From Clostridiaceae bacterium (GTDB taxonomy: Bacteria; Bacillota; Clostridia; DSM-8532): a DNA stretch of 64,000 nucleotides. The translations under genes were made by a program, and so were the position numbers. The notes below the pieces were generated by a model. That model was not told the origin of the DNA. It worked only from the letters and a program-made list of their open reading frames with translations, and made no database searches. Shown here one piece after another: positions 20,256 to 29,979 of the stretch. Numbering within the stretch: the stretch's first letter is position 1; the number at the start of each line of letters is the position of its first letter. The stretch covers positions 2,535-66,534 of the forward strand of contig JAAYNA010000065.1 of assembly GCA_012521105.1 (NCBI GenBank), in the 5' to 3' direction.

Positions 20256-22010
20256 GTGTTTAAAAAGAAGTACCGGATACCTTATAATTTGCCGGTTGAA
20301 TTCAGCAGTTACGAGAAAGTTATTGCAGTCTTTCTGGTGGTAATCATACCTCCGTTAGTCCTGTCTGATGCATATGTAGAATATATTGCGAAGCAGACTA
20401 TGGTCAATTACAGCAAGATTGTTCTACAGGTAGTTCTATACATAGCCTTAATTGCAACCACTTTATTAAAACTATACCAAATAAAAAGAAACAATCTAAA
20501 ACCAAGACAGTTATACAGAATTTTGAAACTTATCGATATTTTTCTTATTTCTTTGCTCTTCAGTACACTTAAGTATGGTATGTTCTTTTGTTTTATTGCT
20601 TTCGTTCCAATTGTGAGTATTTGCATAACAGAGGGTTTTCGGGCTTCAATGTTGTATGTGCTTTATGCAATGGTAATTCAGTTTCTTTCAACGTTGCTAA
20701 TACCTGATATTATAGGTACCGAAGCCACTCTGATTAAAAATTTGAATTTTTCACGTGAACTGTTTATCATTACTCTTTATCTTGTATTTATTGTGTTACT
20801 TAAAATCCTTGCCATGCATAACGATTTACATACGCTGAGGGAACTTGATAATCAAAAACTGCTGTCCGAGCTCAGGAGGGAATATGAACAGCTTGAACAG
20901 GCCAGAAATGAGAGACATGAACAGTTTGAAAAGCTAAAGGAAGTGAATTTTCAGCTCGAAGATATGAACAAGAAGTTAACTGCAAGCCTGGCAGAGTTTT
21001 TTACGCTGCAGCAGATATCTCAGTCTATTAGTTCAATTTTTGATATGAATGAACTGCTTCAGTTTGTGAATGATATTATTATAGGAGTTATGGGAGTTGC
21101 CACTTCAAATATAGCACTTTACAACAGTGAAGGAAACCGACTTAAAGTGCAGGTTACAAATATAAACAATGCAAGGGAACGTGCACTTCTTACAGATAAT
21201 ATAAATTCGACTGCTCTAAAAGAGTGTTTGGATAGAGGCATGACTATAATTGATAATTCAGTGGATCCGGACAAGTATCCTTTTACCAAAGGCAGAAATG
21301 TAAGATCGCTTATTTGTGTGCCTTTACAGGTTAAGAGTAATGGCTATGGCCTTATACTTCTTGAACATAATATCCCAAATGCATTTGATGAGGACAGTGT
21401 AAGGCTGCTTGAAGTTATAACCCAGCATATCAGTATTGCCATTGAAAACGCAAAATTATATGAGAAACTTCAGGAGTACGCAAACACCGACGGTTTAACC
21501 CAGGTTTATAACAGGGTTTTCTTTCAGAATCGTTTGCGTGAAGAATTAAACTGTGCAAAACAGCAGGGATATGAAGTGTCGATTATATTTTTTGATATTG
21601 ATGATTTCAAAGCATATAATGATACATACGGCCACCTGTTTGGTGACATGATATTACAGGCTATCGCATTGACTGTAAAGGAATCGGTTCGAAAGGATGA
21701 TGTTGTAGCGCGTTTTGGGGGCGAGGAATTTGTTATTCTCCTTCCGTACACCGGAAAAGAAATGGCTTATGAAAAAGCAGAAGAGCTACGCAGGAAAATA
21801 TCCGAGCTTGTTATTTGCGATAAGGACAATAATGTTGCCAGGGCGGTATCGGTTAGTATGGGCGTTTCTACCTTCCCTACACTTGCAAAAAACGAAACCG
21901 AGCTATTAAACAGCGCTGATGAAGCACTTTATATAGCAAAAGAGAGAGGTAAAAACTGTGTTGCACTGGCACAGCCATGTACCACCGAACCCTGGTTTAA
22001 AGGAGTATAG
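20256..22010 (+). CDS. Membrane-bound diguanylate cyclase (TM helices, coiled coil, GAF, GGDEF)
   Basis: TDGLTQVYNR, DIDDFKAYNDTYGHLFGD, RKDD I-site five residues before GGEEF. Confidence 0.92.
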   Translation: MFKKKYRIPYNLPVEFSSYEKVIAVFLVVIIPPLVLSDAYVEYIAKQTMVNYSKIVLQVVLYIALIATTLLKLYQIKRNNLKPRQLYRILKLIDIFLISLLFSTLKYGMFFCFIAFVPIVSICITEGFRASMLYVLYAMVIQFLSTLLIPDIIGTEATLIKNLNFSRELFIITLYLVFIVLLKILAMHNDLHTLRELDNQKLLSELRREYEQLEQARNERHEQFEKLKEVNFQLEDMNKKLTASLAEFFTLQQISQSISSIFDMNELLQFVNDIIIGVMGVATSNIALYNSEGNRLKVQVTNINNARERALLTDNINSTALKECLDRGMTIIDNSVDPDKYPFTKGRNVRSLICVPLQVKSNGYGLILLEHNIPNAFDEDSVRLLEVITQHISIAIENAKLYEKLQEYANTDGLTQVYNRVFFQNRLREELNCAKQQGYEVSIIFFDIDDFKAYNDTYGHLFGDMILQAIALTVKESVRKDDVVARFGGEEFVILLPYTGKEMAYEKAEELRRKISELVICDKDNNVARAVSVSMGVSTFPTLAKNETELLNSADEALYIAKERGKNCVALAQPCTTEPWFKGV

Positions 22011-22714
22011 TCTAATAATAAAATTGCACCAATCATATCCCTTATTTTTAATGATTTTGCCATACGCATTATGATTCTTTTATATACAGGCTTATAATCA
22101 CTTTTTGGCACGAACATGGAGAATCTGTACATTTCAGAACCGTTTTCAATAAAAATCTCTACTCCTTTAATATCCTGTGTTTTGGTTACAAAGACACACT
22201 CCCATAGAATGGCATTCATTCCCTGTATCTTTAGTTTAGACTCGTTAAATTCCGTGAAAGTCAATGAGGACATTTTTTTAGAGTTATTAAGAAGTTCTTC
22301 AAGGGATTGGTTAAGATTCCAAACCTGAAAGAAACCTATCATTTTATTGTTACTATGCTTAAAATTAATATGGACGGTTACTTCATGGCCAAGGTTCTGA
22401 ATTTCACCCATTCTAATTGTTTCGGGGTATTGAAAAGTAATTTCAGAAAGACCATGCCTCTTTATTGTTTCTGTTTTTAAGTTTTTACCCAAAGTGGAGC
22501 TTGCCTGAATGTAAGGCTGCCCTGGCTCTGTTGAATAAATGGCCGATACTTCAACAGAAACCGGGAATTTTAATGAAAGCCGGTGTCCCAAAGAAACTTC
22601 GGAACCGGGCATTAAAACACGAACAAATTGCAACATGCCTATAAGAATTAAAACAACGCCCATTAGCAAGAAAAGAATTTTCCTTTTTTTCTTTGTAACT
22701 ACCAAAACATACAT
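21929..22714 (-). CDS. Membrane-anchored hypothetical protein
   Basis: Basic then hydrophobic N-terminal anchor; the 3' end overlaps the diguanylate cyclase by 82 bp. Confidence 0.65.
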   Translation of the reverse strand: MYVLVVTKKKRKILFLLMGVVLILIGMLQFVRVLMPGSEVSLGHRLSLKFPVSVEVSAIYSTEPGQPYIQASSTLGKNLKTETIKRHGLSEITFQYPETIRMGEIQNLGHEVTVHINFKHSNNKMIGFFQVWNLNQSLEELLNNSKKMSSLTFTEFNESKLKIQGMNAILWECVFVTKTQDIKGVEIFIENGSEMYRFSMFVPKSDYKPVYKRIIMRMAKSLKIRDMIGAILLLDYTPLNQGSVVHGCASATQFLPLSFAI

Positions 22715-22832
22715 ATAAACTCCTTACCGGCTGTTAACCCCTGTTAGTATGACCAACAAGGTGCCCGAAAAATATGCCTGTGTAAGTATATGCATGTTTG
22801 GTAGTAAAAAGTATTCAAAGTATATTTATTAC

Positions 22833-23309
22833 CTACAAAACCGTGTATTCGTTTTTGCTGATAAATTCTTTTAACTCAGTCTCTTCATCAGGTGACAGTA
22901 CATTTGTCAAATCTAAAACAAACATCAGTCTATCGTCAAGCTTTACAACCTTTGACAGAAACTTTTTGTCTATATTGGGAACTGATGGAGGAGTATCATC
23001 AATATTCTCTTCATCTACCCTGACAATTTCGTTTACCATATCTACAGTAAAACCAACTAATAAATCGTTATGGTATACAGTGATTATTTTACAATTCTCA
23101 TCAAATTCCTTATCCCGCATGCCAAGGCGTTTTCTTAAATTATAAATTGTTAATACACTACCACGAAGATTCACAAGCCCTTCTATGTAAGGAGGTGCAT
23201 TGGGTACCTTAAGCATTTCCTGGAGTTTAATAATCTCCCGGACTTTACTTATTTCTACACCAAATTCTTCATCTCCAACAGAAAACTTCACAAACTGACG
23301 GATTGCCAT
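22833..23309 (-). CDS. cheW: Chemotaxis coupling protein CheW
   Basis: VPNAPPYIEGLVNLRGSVLTIYNLRKRLG, VGFTVDMVNEI. Confidence 0.93.
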   Translation of the reverse strand: MAIRQFVKFSVGDEEFGVEISKVREIIKLQEMLKVPNAPPYIEGLVNLRGSVLTIYNLRKRLGMRDKEFDENCKIITVYHNDLLVGFTVDMVNEIVRVDEENIDDTPPSVPNIDKKFLSKVVKLDDRLMFVLDLTNVLSPDEETELKEFISKNEYTVL

Positions 23310-23512
23310 AAATTTACCTCCTAATCATTGCAGTTAATTGCAAAGATGAGCGATAAATGCCTGCTCTTCTACCATTTTATCAATAAGGCGAAAAATAAGC
23401 AACAAATAAATGGCATCAGAATTCCCAGGTACGCTGTTCAATACCGCAGATAATGTGCAATGCGGAGACAGACGAACAATTTTCAAGTGCTGTGCAGTTC
23501 AGCCCGGAAAAT

Positions 23513-24703
23513 TTATGTTCTGTACGCACTGTTGATTTTAACATAATCATATGAAAAATCGCATGTCCACATTATATCTTCAGAATTCCCCATCTTCAAA
23601 TCCACTGTAATTTTTACCTCGTCCTGCTTTAAAATCTCAAGAGCTTTATCTTCATCAAAGCTAAGACCTACACCGTTTTTACATACCAGCAGATCTCCTA
23701 TGAAAATGTCGATCATATCCTGATTAAACACAGCTCCTGAATAGCCTGCTGCGGTAAGTATCCTTCCCCAGTTTGCATCATGCCCGAACATAGCTGTTTT
23801 CACCAGTGGAGATTTTGCAATTGAGCTAGATATTTTATGAGCAGTATCGTTATCGGGAGCATTTTTGACATGAATTTCAATTAGTTTTGTCGCACCCTCT
23901 CCGTCTTTTGCCAGCATCCTGGAAAGTGATACTGAAATTTTCTCCAAAGCAGCGACAAAAGTTTCATAATCCTCGTTTTCCTGTGTTATTTTTTTGTTTG
24001 CTGCTTTGCCGTTAGCCAAAATAATTACCATATCGCAAACGCTTGTATCGCCATCGACAGAGATACGATTGAAGGATTTATTAACTACTGCTATAAGAGC
24101 ATTTTGAAGCATTTCCTGTGAAATGAAAGCGTCTGTAAGTAATACTCCTATCATAGTTGCCATATTCGGATGGATCATCCCTGAACCTTTCGCCATACCG
24201 TAAAGGGTAACTTTCTTTCCGGATAAACTTATATCAATGGATACCTCTTTTGGGAATGTATCGGTTGTCATAATTGCACAGGCGGCATCCTTTGAATTGC
24301 CTGAACCTAATTGGCTGAAAGCTTCATAAAGCCCTGATTCTATCTTCTCCATTGGCAGGGGAAAGCCTATAACGCCCGTAGAACCAAGCAGTACCTGGCA
24401 TTTATCACAGCCTGCATGTTTTGAGGTAATATCTGCAATCCGTTCAGCGTCCCTGTCACCTTTTGAACCGATACATGCATTAGCATTCCCACTATTGATT
24501 ACAACAGCCTTTATTTTATTGTTTTTAACTTTATCCATGGTCCATTTAAGGGAATGACCTTTGACCTGATTTTTTGTAAACACTCCGGCAGCTTCGGCCA
24601 GAGAATCAGAAACAATCAGTGCCAGATCCTTTTTGTCGTTTTTCTTTATTCCGCAGGCAACCCCTGCAGTTTTAAACCCTAATGGTATTCTGATTTCACT
24701 CAT
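23513..24703 (-). CDS. argJ: Bifunctional ornithine acetyltransferase / N-acetylglutamate synthase
   Basis: NSGNANAC, AIMTTDT, KGSGMIHPNMATM, DGDTS, DGEGATK. ATG at 24703 after GGAGG. Confidence 0.96.
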   Translation of the reverse strand: MSEIRIPLGFKTAGVACGIKKNDKKDLALIVSDSLAEAAGVFTKNQVKGHSLKWTMDKVKNNKIKAVVINSGNANACIGSKGDRDAERIADITSKHAGCDKCQVLLGSTGVIGFPLPMEKIESGLYEAFSQLGSGNSKDAACAIMTTDTFPKEVSIDISLSGKKVTLYGMAKGSGMIHPNMATMIGVLLTDAFISQEMLQNALIAVVNKSFNRISVDGDTSVCDMVIILANGKAANKKITQENEDYETFVAALEKISVSLSRMLAKDGEGATKLIEIHVKNAPDNDTAHKISSSIAKSPLVKTAMFGHDANWGRILTAAGYSGAVFNQDMIDIFIGDLLVCKNGVGLSFDEDKALEILKQDEVKITVDLKMGNSEDIMWTCDFSYDYVKINSAYRT

Positions 24704-24715
24704 ATAATCCTCCAC

Positions 24716-24754
24716 TATGATTAAAAATACATAAATTTTGTATAATTATACACC
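24716..24754 (-). promoter_or_regulatory. Tandem ARG boxes (ArgR/AhrC operator) overlapping the argJ promoter
   Basis: ggTGTATAATTATACAaa-att-taTGTATTTTTAATCAta: two 18-bp boxes 3 bp apart. The -10 TATAAT lies within box 1. Confidence 0.85.
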
Positions 24755-24883
24755 AGCCGTTACTGTGAAGTCAATCCTGTTAAGTAAGAATTTTACCGCA
24801 TCGTTGACAAACAAAATTGTTTCGGATAATATTTTCATGGGCATTAGTGTAATTAAGGTTATCAAATATTTAGGAGGCTTCCC

Positions 24884-25708
24884 ATGGGTAATTATTTTGA
24901 TAAGTTAAAACAAGCTGCGGATTATATACGTCAAAAAATTCACAAAACACCTTATATAGCTATCGTTTTGGGTTCAGGTTTAGGAAATCTTGCAAATTAT
25001 ATGTCTAACACTATTGAAATCCCTTATGAAGAAATACCCAATTTTCCGAGGACCACTGTCATAGGCCACGACGGACGGTTAATTTTCGGTGAGCTGGGTG
25101 GAAGAGACATAGTTGCTATGAAAGGCAGGTTCCATTATTACGAAGGATGGGACATGGAAGAGGTTGTATTTCCAATTCGTATTTTTAAGTTGCTTGGTGT
25201 GAACAATTTGCTTTTAACAAATGCTGCAGGCGGTGTTAATACACAGTTTAAGCCCGGAGACTTAATGCTTATAAAGGATCATATCGGATTTTTTGCTGAG
25301 AATCCATTAAGAGGGGAAAATATAGATGAGCTGGGTCCGCGTTTCCCCGATATGTCCCAAATCTATGACAGGGAACTTGTAGAAATGGCTGCAGAATGTG
25401 CAATACGTCTTCGCTGCGACATAAGAAGGGGTATTTATGCCTATACGAAAGGCCCTTCCTTTGAAACACCGTCAGAAATAAGAGCTCTTAAATACTTCGG
25501 TGCGGATGCCGTAGGCATGTCAACAGTACCCGAAGCAATAGCAGCAAGACATATGAGCATGAATGTTTTGGGAATATCATGTATAACAAATATGGCAGCC
25601 GGAGTTCTTGAGCAAACTTTAAATCATGAAGAGGTTATTGAAGCTGGGAAAAAAGTTGAAGGGAAGTTTGCAGCTCTTGTATCGGAGATTGTAAAGTCAT
25701 GGCCCTGA
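24884..25708 (+). CDS. punA: Purine nucleoside phosphorylase I (trimeric type)
   Basis: LGSGLG, GRFHYYEG, LTNAAGG, GPSFETPSE, GADAVGMSTVPE, CITNMAAG. Confidence 0.95.
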   Translation: MGNYFDKLKQAADYIRQKIHKTPYIAIVLGSGLGNLANYMSNTIEIPYEEIPNFPRTTVIGHDGRLIFGELGGRDIVAMKGRFHYYEGWDMEEVVFPIRIFKLLGVNNLLLTNAAGGVNTQFKPGDLMLIKDHIGFFAENPLRGENIDELGPRFPDMSQIYDRELVEMAAECAIRLRCDIRRGIYAYTKGPSFETPSEIRALKYFGADAVGMSTVPEAIAARHMSMNVLGISCITNMAAGVLEQTLNHEEVIEAGKKVEGKFAALVSEIVKSWP

Positions 25709-26137
25709 CACATGTTTTTTCGATCGGTTTATTTTCCTGAAGACAGCAGATACTGTCATAATACCGAATGCTATCAGGCAGGCTTTTGCCACAGCTGATA
25801 CAGCGTAAGACATAGCAGTAGGGTAATCTCTCTCGGCAATAAGTTGAATGGTACGATATGCATCAACTCCAGGAACCAAAGGAATAATACCCGGTATTAA
25901 AAATATTGTGGCGGGTGTTTTTCTGACTCTGGCCATTAGTTCGCTATATACGGCTACTGTTGCTGTACCAAAAAAAACAGCCAGCAGAGCCGTGTTGGGG
26001 AACATGGCCAGAATCCGATCATTAATCAGCATACCAAGAGTACCCGATAATCCCGCCCATATCAAATTTTTTCTTTCTGTATTAAGTAGTACTGCAGGGC
26101 ATAAGCTACCCAGGAAAGAAAGTATTATTCGGCTCAT
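25697..26137 (-). CDS. ThrE-family exporter, small subunit
   Basis: Hydrophobic; ARVRKTPATIFLIPGIIPLVPG. Confidence 0.85.
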   Translation of the reverse strand: MSRIILSFLGSLCPAVLLNTERKNLIWAGLSGTLGMLINDRILAMFPNTALLAVFFGTATVAVYSELMARVRKTPATIFLIPGIIPLVPGVDAYRTIQLIAERDYPTAMSYAVSAVAKACLIAFGIMTVSAVFRKINRSKKHVSGP

Positions 26138-26149
26138 AAAAACCTCCGC

Positions 26150-26920
26150 TCAAATTATATAATGAACTGTTAAAATAGCAAGCCATACGCCCATTCCAAG
26201 AGCAAGCACCGTTAAGAAGGCTTCTCCTAATCTCGTTAGTCCGCTGATGGTATCGCTGGCAAGAAGATCTCTTATACCATTAGTCATTGCTACTCCCGGA
26301 AGAAACATAATTATGGATGATATTATTATAATATAGGCATTGCCATTAGGTATTAACAGCTCGGAAATCATGCTTATAAACCCACTGGAAAAGCCAATGA
26401 CAAAATACATAAGGAAGGGAAAATACCCGGATTTCGCCATATAAAGGTTTAGTAAATACAATAAAGCGCCTATCGCAAATGCGATAACTCCGTCGGTTAT
26501 TTTACCCCCAAAGATAAGGGCATAGGCGAAAGAAACTGACATTGATGAAATAAGCTGCACTGGTACCGGGTAAAATTTAAGGGCTTTAATACCTTCCAAT
26601 TCTTTCCTGGCCTCCTCATAAGACATAGTATTATAAGTTATCTTTCTTGAAAAAGAATTGACACGGTCAATTTTAGTAAGATCCAGTGTTCGAACCTTTA
26701 TTCTCCGCACCGATGTTTCAGATTCATACTCCGAGGAATATACTGTCAGAAAAATTCCTGTCGGAAGTACAATGGCTTCACAGGGGTGCCCATAGGCATT
26801 GCATATTTTTGTAATGCTTTCTTCAACACGGTACGTTTCAGCGCCATTGCGCAAAAGTATTTCACCTGCCTCAAGGGCTATATCCAGCACTTCTCGAAGT
26901 TTCATACCAAAACCTTTCAT
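26150..26920 (-). CDS. ThrE-family exporter, large subunit
   Basis: GEILLRNGAETYRVEESI, LPTGIFL, LPGVAMTNGIRDL..DTISGLTR. Confidence 0.88.
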   Translation of the reverse strand: MKGFGMKLREVLDIALEAGEILLRNGAETYRVEESITKICNAYGHPCEAIVLPTGIFLTVYSSEYESETSVRRIKVRTLDLTKIDRVNSFSRKITYNTMSYEEARKELEGIKALKFYPVPVQLISSMSVSFAYALIFGGKITDGVIAFAIGALLYLLNLYMAKSGYFPFLMYFVIGFSSGFISMISELLIPNGNAYIIIISSIIMFLPGVAMTNGIRDLLASDTISGLTRLGEAFLTVLALGMGVWLAILTVHYII

Positions 26921-27169
26921 TTACCATGATTTTTAAAGCTTTATAAATATTATATCACTTAGGTTTAGCCATGTTTAACAATAATAATAAAAATAGATGG
27001 GCAGCAATTTGCCCTCTTGAAAACTTTATTTGACAACAAACCCATTTTTTATGATAAAATAAATATACCACCTTAGACAACCTAATACTTTAGCGCCGGA
27101 ATCTCTCTCTATTTCTTAAAAATGCATTGCAGTGACTTTATAGATTCCGCAATGTGAGGAGGAAAATCT

Positions 27170-28201
27170 ATGAAAAAGAATATTAAGAGTGGCTTACTAA
27201 CCAGAAAAATTTTGCCTGTTAATTATCCAATGATAACAACATACACTCAACATGCACATTTGTTGTCAATTCTAACATATTACGAATATACAAAAGGCTG
27301 GATATATAGTAACTACATCCAACTTTATATGAATAGGGATTATAAGCATAACTGGGGTGATTTCTACTTCCCGTTTCCGTACGAGTTAAGACCTTCAGAT
27401 ACATGCAAATGGATTTTGAGTCAAAAAATAAAGAGGGACACTGTCATAAAAAAAGGATCGGTAATAGACTTTATTATTGGATAGTATAAACTCCGATAAT
27501 TATGTTCATACTATGCTGAATTACTATTATGTGCCAGTAAGTGTGCACTATAAAAAAACACATTCACATCATGATATGCTAATTTATGGATATGATCTGG
27601 ATAAAAAAATATTTCATGTAGCTGACTTTTTTAGGTACGGAAAATATACTATGAAGTTATTTCTTTTTCAAATTTTGAAATGGCCTTTTTAGCATACAAC
27701 CCTACAACAAACTTTGATTACCTGAATGGATTAATATATTTATATAGTATAAATAAGAGCTGCGACTATGAATTTAGTATTCACAACATTACCAATTCAA
27801 TTAAAGCATATTTGCATAACAGTATGCCCGAATACTGGGATAAGTACAACTATAAAAACAGTAAAAATATAGTATTTAACAGAGAGGTATATAATACTTT
27901 AAAAAATTACGTTACCGAAAAAATGGATGGACAATCTGAAATAGATATTAGGCCTTTTTATTTACTTTTTGACCATAAAAAAATGATGATTTTACGAATC
28001 AGATATTTATGCGAACAGGGATTTTATGAAAATAATAATAATGAGAATCAACTTAAAGAAATAGAACAGCTGACTAAAAACATGGTGAACATTATCATAA
28101 AATATAATATTGCAAAAAACAAAACTTACAGAAACAAGATAATTACTTTGCTAGATTATATTGATAACAAAGAATATGATGCTTTGCAGCAATATTTATA
28201 A
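27170..28201 (+). pseudogene. Papain-like/BtrH-N-like protein broken by two compensating frameshifts
   Basis: ORFs 27170-27484, 27477-27692 and 27680-28201 join (+1 near 27478, -1 near 27648) into about 343 aa. This aligns by eye with the 29980-31005 paralog (LPVNYPMITTY vs LPTNYPITTTY; HDMLIYGYD vs HDMLIYGYN; ADFFRYGKY vs ADTFQNGKY). Confidence 0.75.
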
Positions 28202-28275
28202 GCATAGGTATTCGGAAAGCACTGGCAATGAGTAGTATAGGTCAAGTTGTTTGTTGCATAATAAAAATGGACAAA

Positions 28276-28625
28276 GGGACATGTGGACATTTTCCTGGGC
28301 AGATTAGGCAGCCAATTCAAGGCCCTGCCGATACTCAATTGGGCTCATGGTACATAACGATAATTCAACCCTTTCCTGATTATACCAGACAAGGTGTTTA
28401 TTAAGAATATTAATAAACTCTTATATGCTGATTCCTTGCCAGGACCTGTTATAAAACATTTTATTACTTAATCAGTCCGAAGAACCCCTCGCAGGCGACG
28501 TTATCTTGAGAACAAGCCTTTCGGGACATTGATTGCTTAAGGCCTGCCTTAACTATTCGGAGCTTCTTTACCATTTCCACCGTCCGTTCTAAAACGTCTT
28601 TCTCAAGCTTTAGCCTCTTGATTTA
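28276..28625 (-). mobile_element. Internally deleted IS3-family remnant
   Basis: Minus-strand translation: the OrfA end IKRLKLEKDVLERTVEMVKK is fused to the OrfB C-terminus SMSRKACSQDNVACEGFFG...WYNQERV...MSPIEYRQGLELAA*, with stops. A terminal-repeat-like CCCAGGAAAATGTCCACATGTCCC ends at 28276. Confidence 0.85.
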
Positions 28626-28745
28626 ATTATTGGACTGTTTTATTATTCTTCAACGAATGTTTAATAATTATAGAAGAACCTGAAAAGTTACCAAAGACCA
28701 TAGAATATTGTCGAAATTTGTATAAATAAGAAATAAAGACACATA

Positions 28746-28775
28746 TTGACATATAATCTATAGAAAGTTTATAAT
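28746..28775 (+). promoter_or_regulatory. Strong sigma-A promoter about 340 nt upstream of loaP
   Basis: TTGACA-18 nt-TATAAT. Confidence 0.7.
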
Positions 28776-28857
28776 ATAGTCAATAGTATTGCCGTCAAGA
28801 AAATACAGTTGTTAATTAAGCATACAAAAACACCTGAAAATACTATTAAAGCGGATG

Positions 28858-28880
28858 TTTTTATGACTAAACCGGAATAT
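28858..28880 (+). repeat. 23-bp element, copy 1 (loaP leader)
   Basis: TTTTTATGACTAAACCGGAATAT, identical to 31117-31139. Confidence 0.9.
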
Positions 28881-29117
28881 TTCAGCTGGTACCTCACTAA
28901 ATTAAATAACACAAAAAAAGACAATTATTCATATGCAATTAAGAGAATTCTCCAGGGAGCTGCAGTATATACAGGCGCTTATCGGTTTTTAATCGTTGGT
29001 GGGTCACGTTAAAAGCTGATTGGGAACATACAGTAAAGGCTGCAGTAGCTTATCAGATTAGGTAAGTGAATGAGCAAAGCTATGTAAATAGCAAAGCGTA
29101 AATTGTGAGGTAGATTA

Positions 29118-29654
29118 ATGTATTGGTATGTACTTTTTGTGCGCACCGTTCAGGAATTCAAGGTTGAGCAGTTGTTGAAAGAACGTTTGGATTCAGATCT
29201 ATTCATGCCATTTGTGCCATTACGGGAGATTTTTTTCAAAAAAGCAGGTATAATGAAAAAGGAATTGAAACCATTGTTTCCCGGGTATGTATTTGTGGAA
29301 TCTGAATTAAGTAACCGGGAATTTATAAAAAAAGTTAGAACCTTAATATACAATTCTCGTTCGATTTTCAGTTTACTAAAATATTCAGATACAGAATTTG
29401 CAATGAGGGAATCAGAAAAACAGATGTTACTAATCTTATGCAATGACGATCGGTGTATTGAATCATCGAAAGGGATTTCAGAAGGGAATAAAATTTATAT
29501 AACAGACGGACCACTTAAAGGGCGGGAGAGTATTGTAAAGAAAGTGGACAGGCACAAAAGACGGGCAGAAATAGAATTGGAAATTATGGGCGATATACGG
29601 TGTATAAGCGTGTCTCTCGAAATTATAAACAAAGTTCCGCTGGGTTTTCGTTAA
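29118..29654 (+). CDS. loaP: LoaP-type NusG-paralog antiterminator
   Basis: MYWYVLFVRT, PLFPGYVFVES, IESSKG, KOW (ITDGPLKG) and KVDRHKRRAEIEL, the LoaP signature. Confidence 0.88.
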   Translation: MYWYVLFVRTVQEFKVEQLLKERLDSDLFMPFVPLREIFFKKAGIMKKELKPLFPGYVFVESELSNREFIKKVRTLIYNSRSIFSLLKYSDTEFAMRESEKQMLLILCNDDRCIESSKGISEGNKIYITDGPLKGRESIVKKVDRHKRRAEIELEIMGDIRCISVSLEIINKVPLGFR

Positions 29655-29979
29655 CTGTTGTACATGGAGGAGAGATTGCCAGTTACATTAAATACATTGT
29701 TTTACAATAAAAGTATAAAGAAAAGAGTTTAACAGAGATTTTACTTTCATCAGTCTCCCTCTCAGGCATATTTTTCACGGACTTTGGCATAAAACTTTTG
29801 AAAGTATTTTTGTGCTACCTGCCAGAAAATCAACAAACGAGGATACATGACGCGGTTTCCCAAAGTCAGGAACCTGAGTAAATATCCACGACATAATTTC
29901 AACATTATGTTAATTGGATTGAACAGTGGTTTGTCATTATTCAATACGATATTAATTGTACAAAGAGGTTTAATAAAAA

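Noticed and set aside
28809-29012. 67-aa ORF in the loaP leader containing FMTKPEY
   Set aside because: TTG start without an RBS and no family; treated as leader sequence, though a leader peptide cannot be fully excluded.
29762-29944. 60-aa minus-strand ORF between loaP and the BtrH-like gene
   Set aside because: No RBS and no recognisable family in any frame; probably debris.
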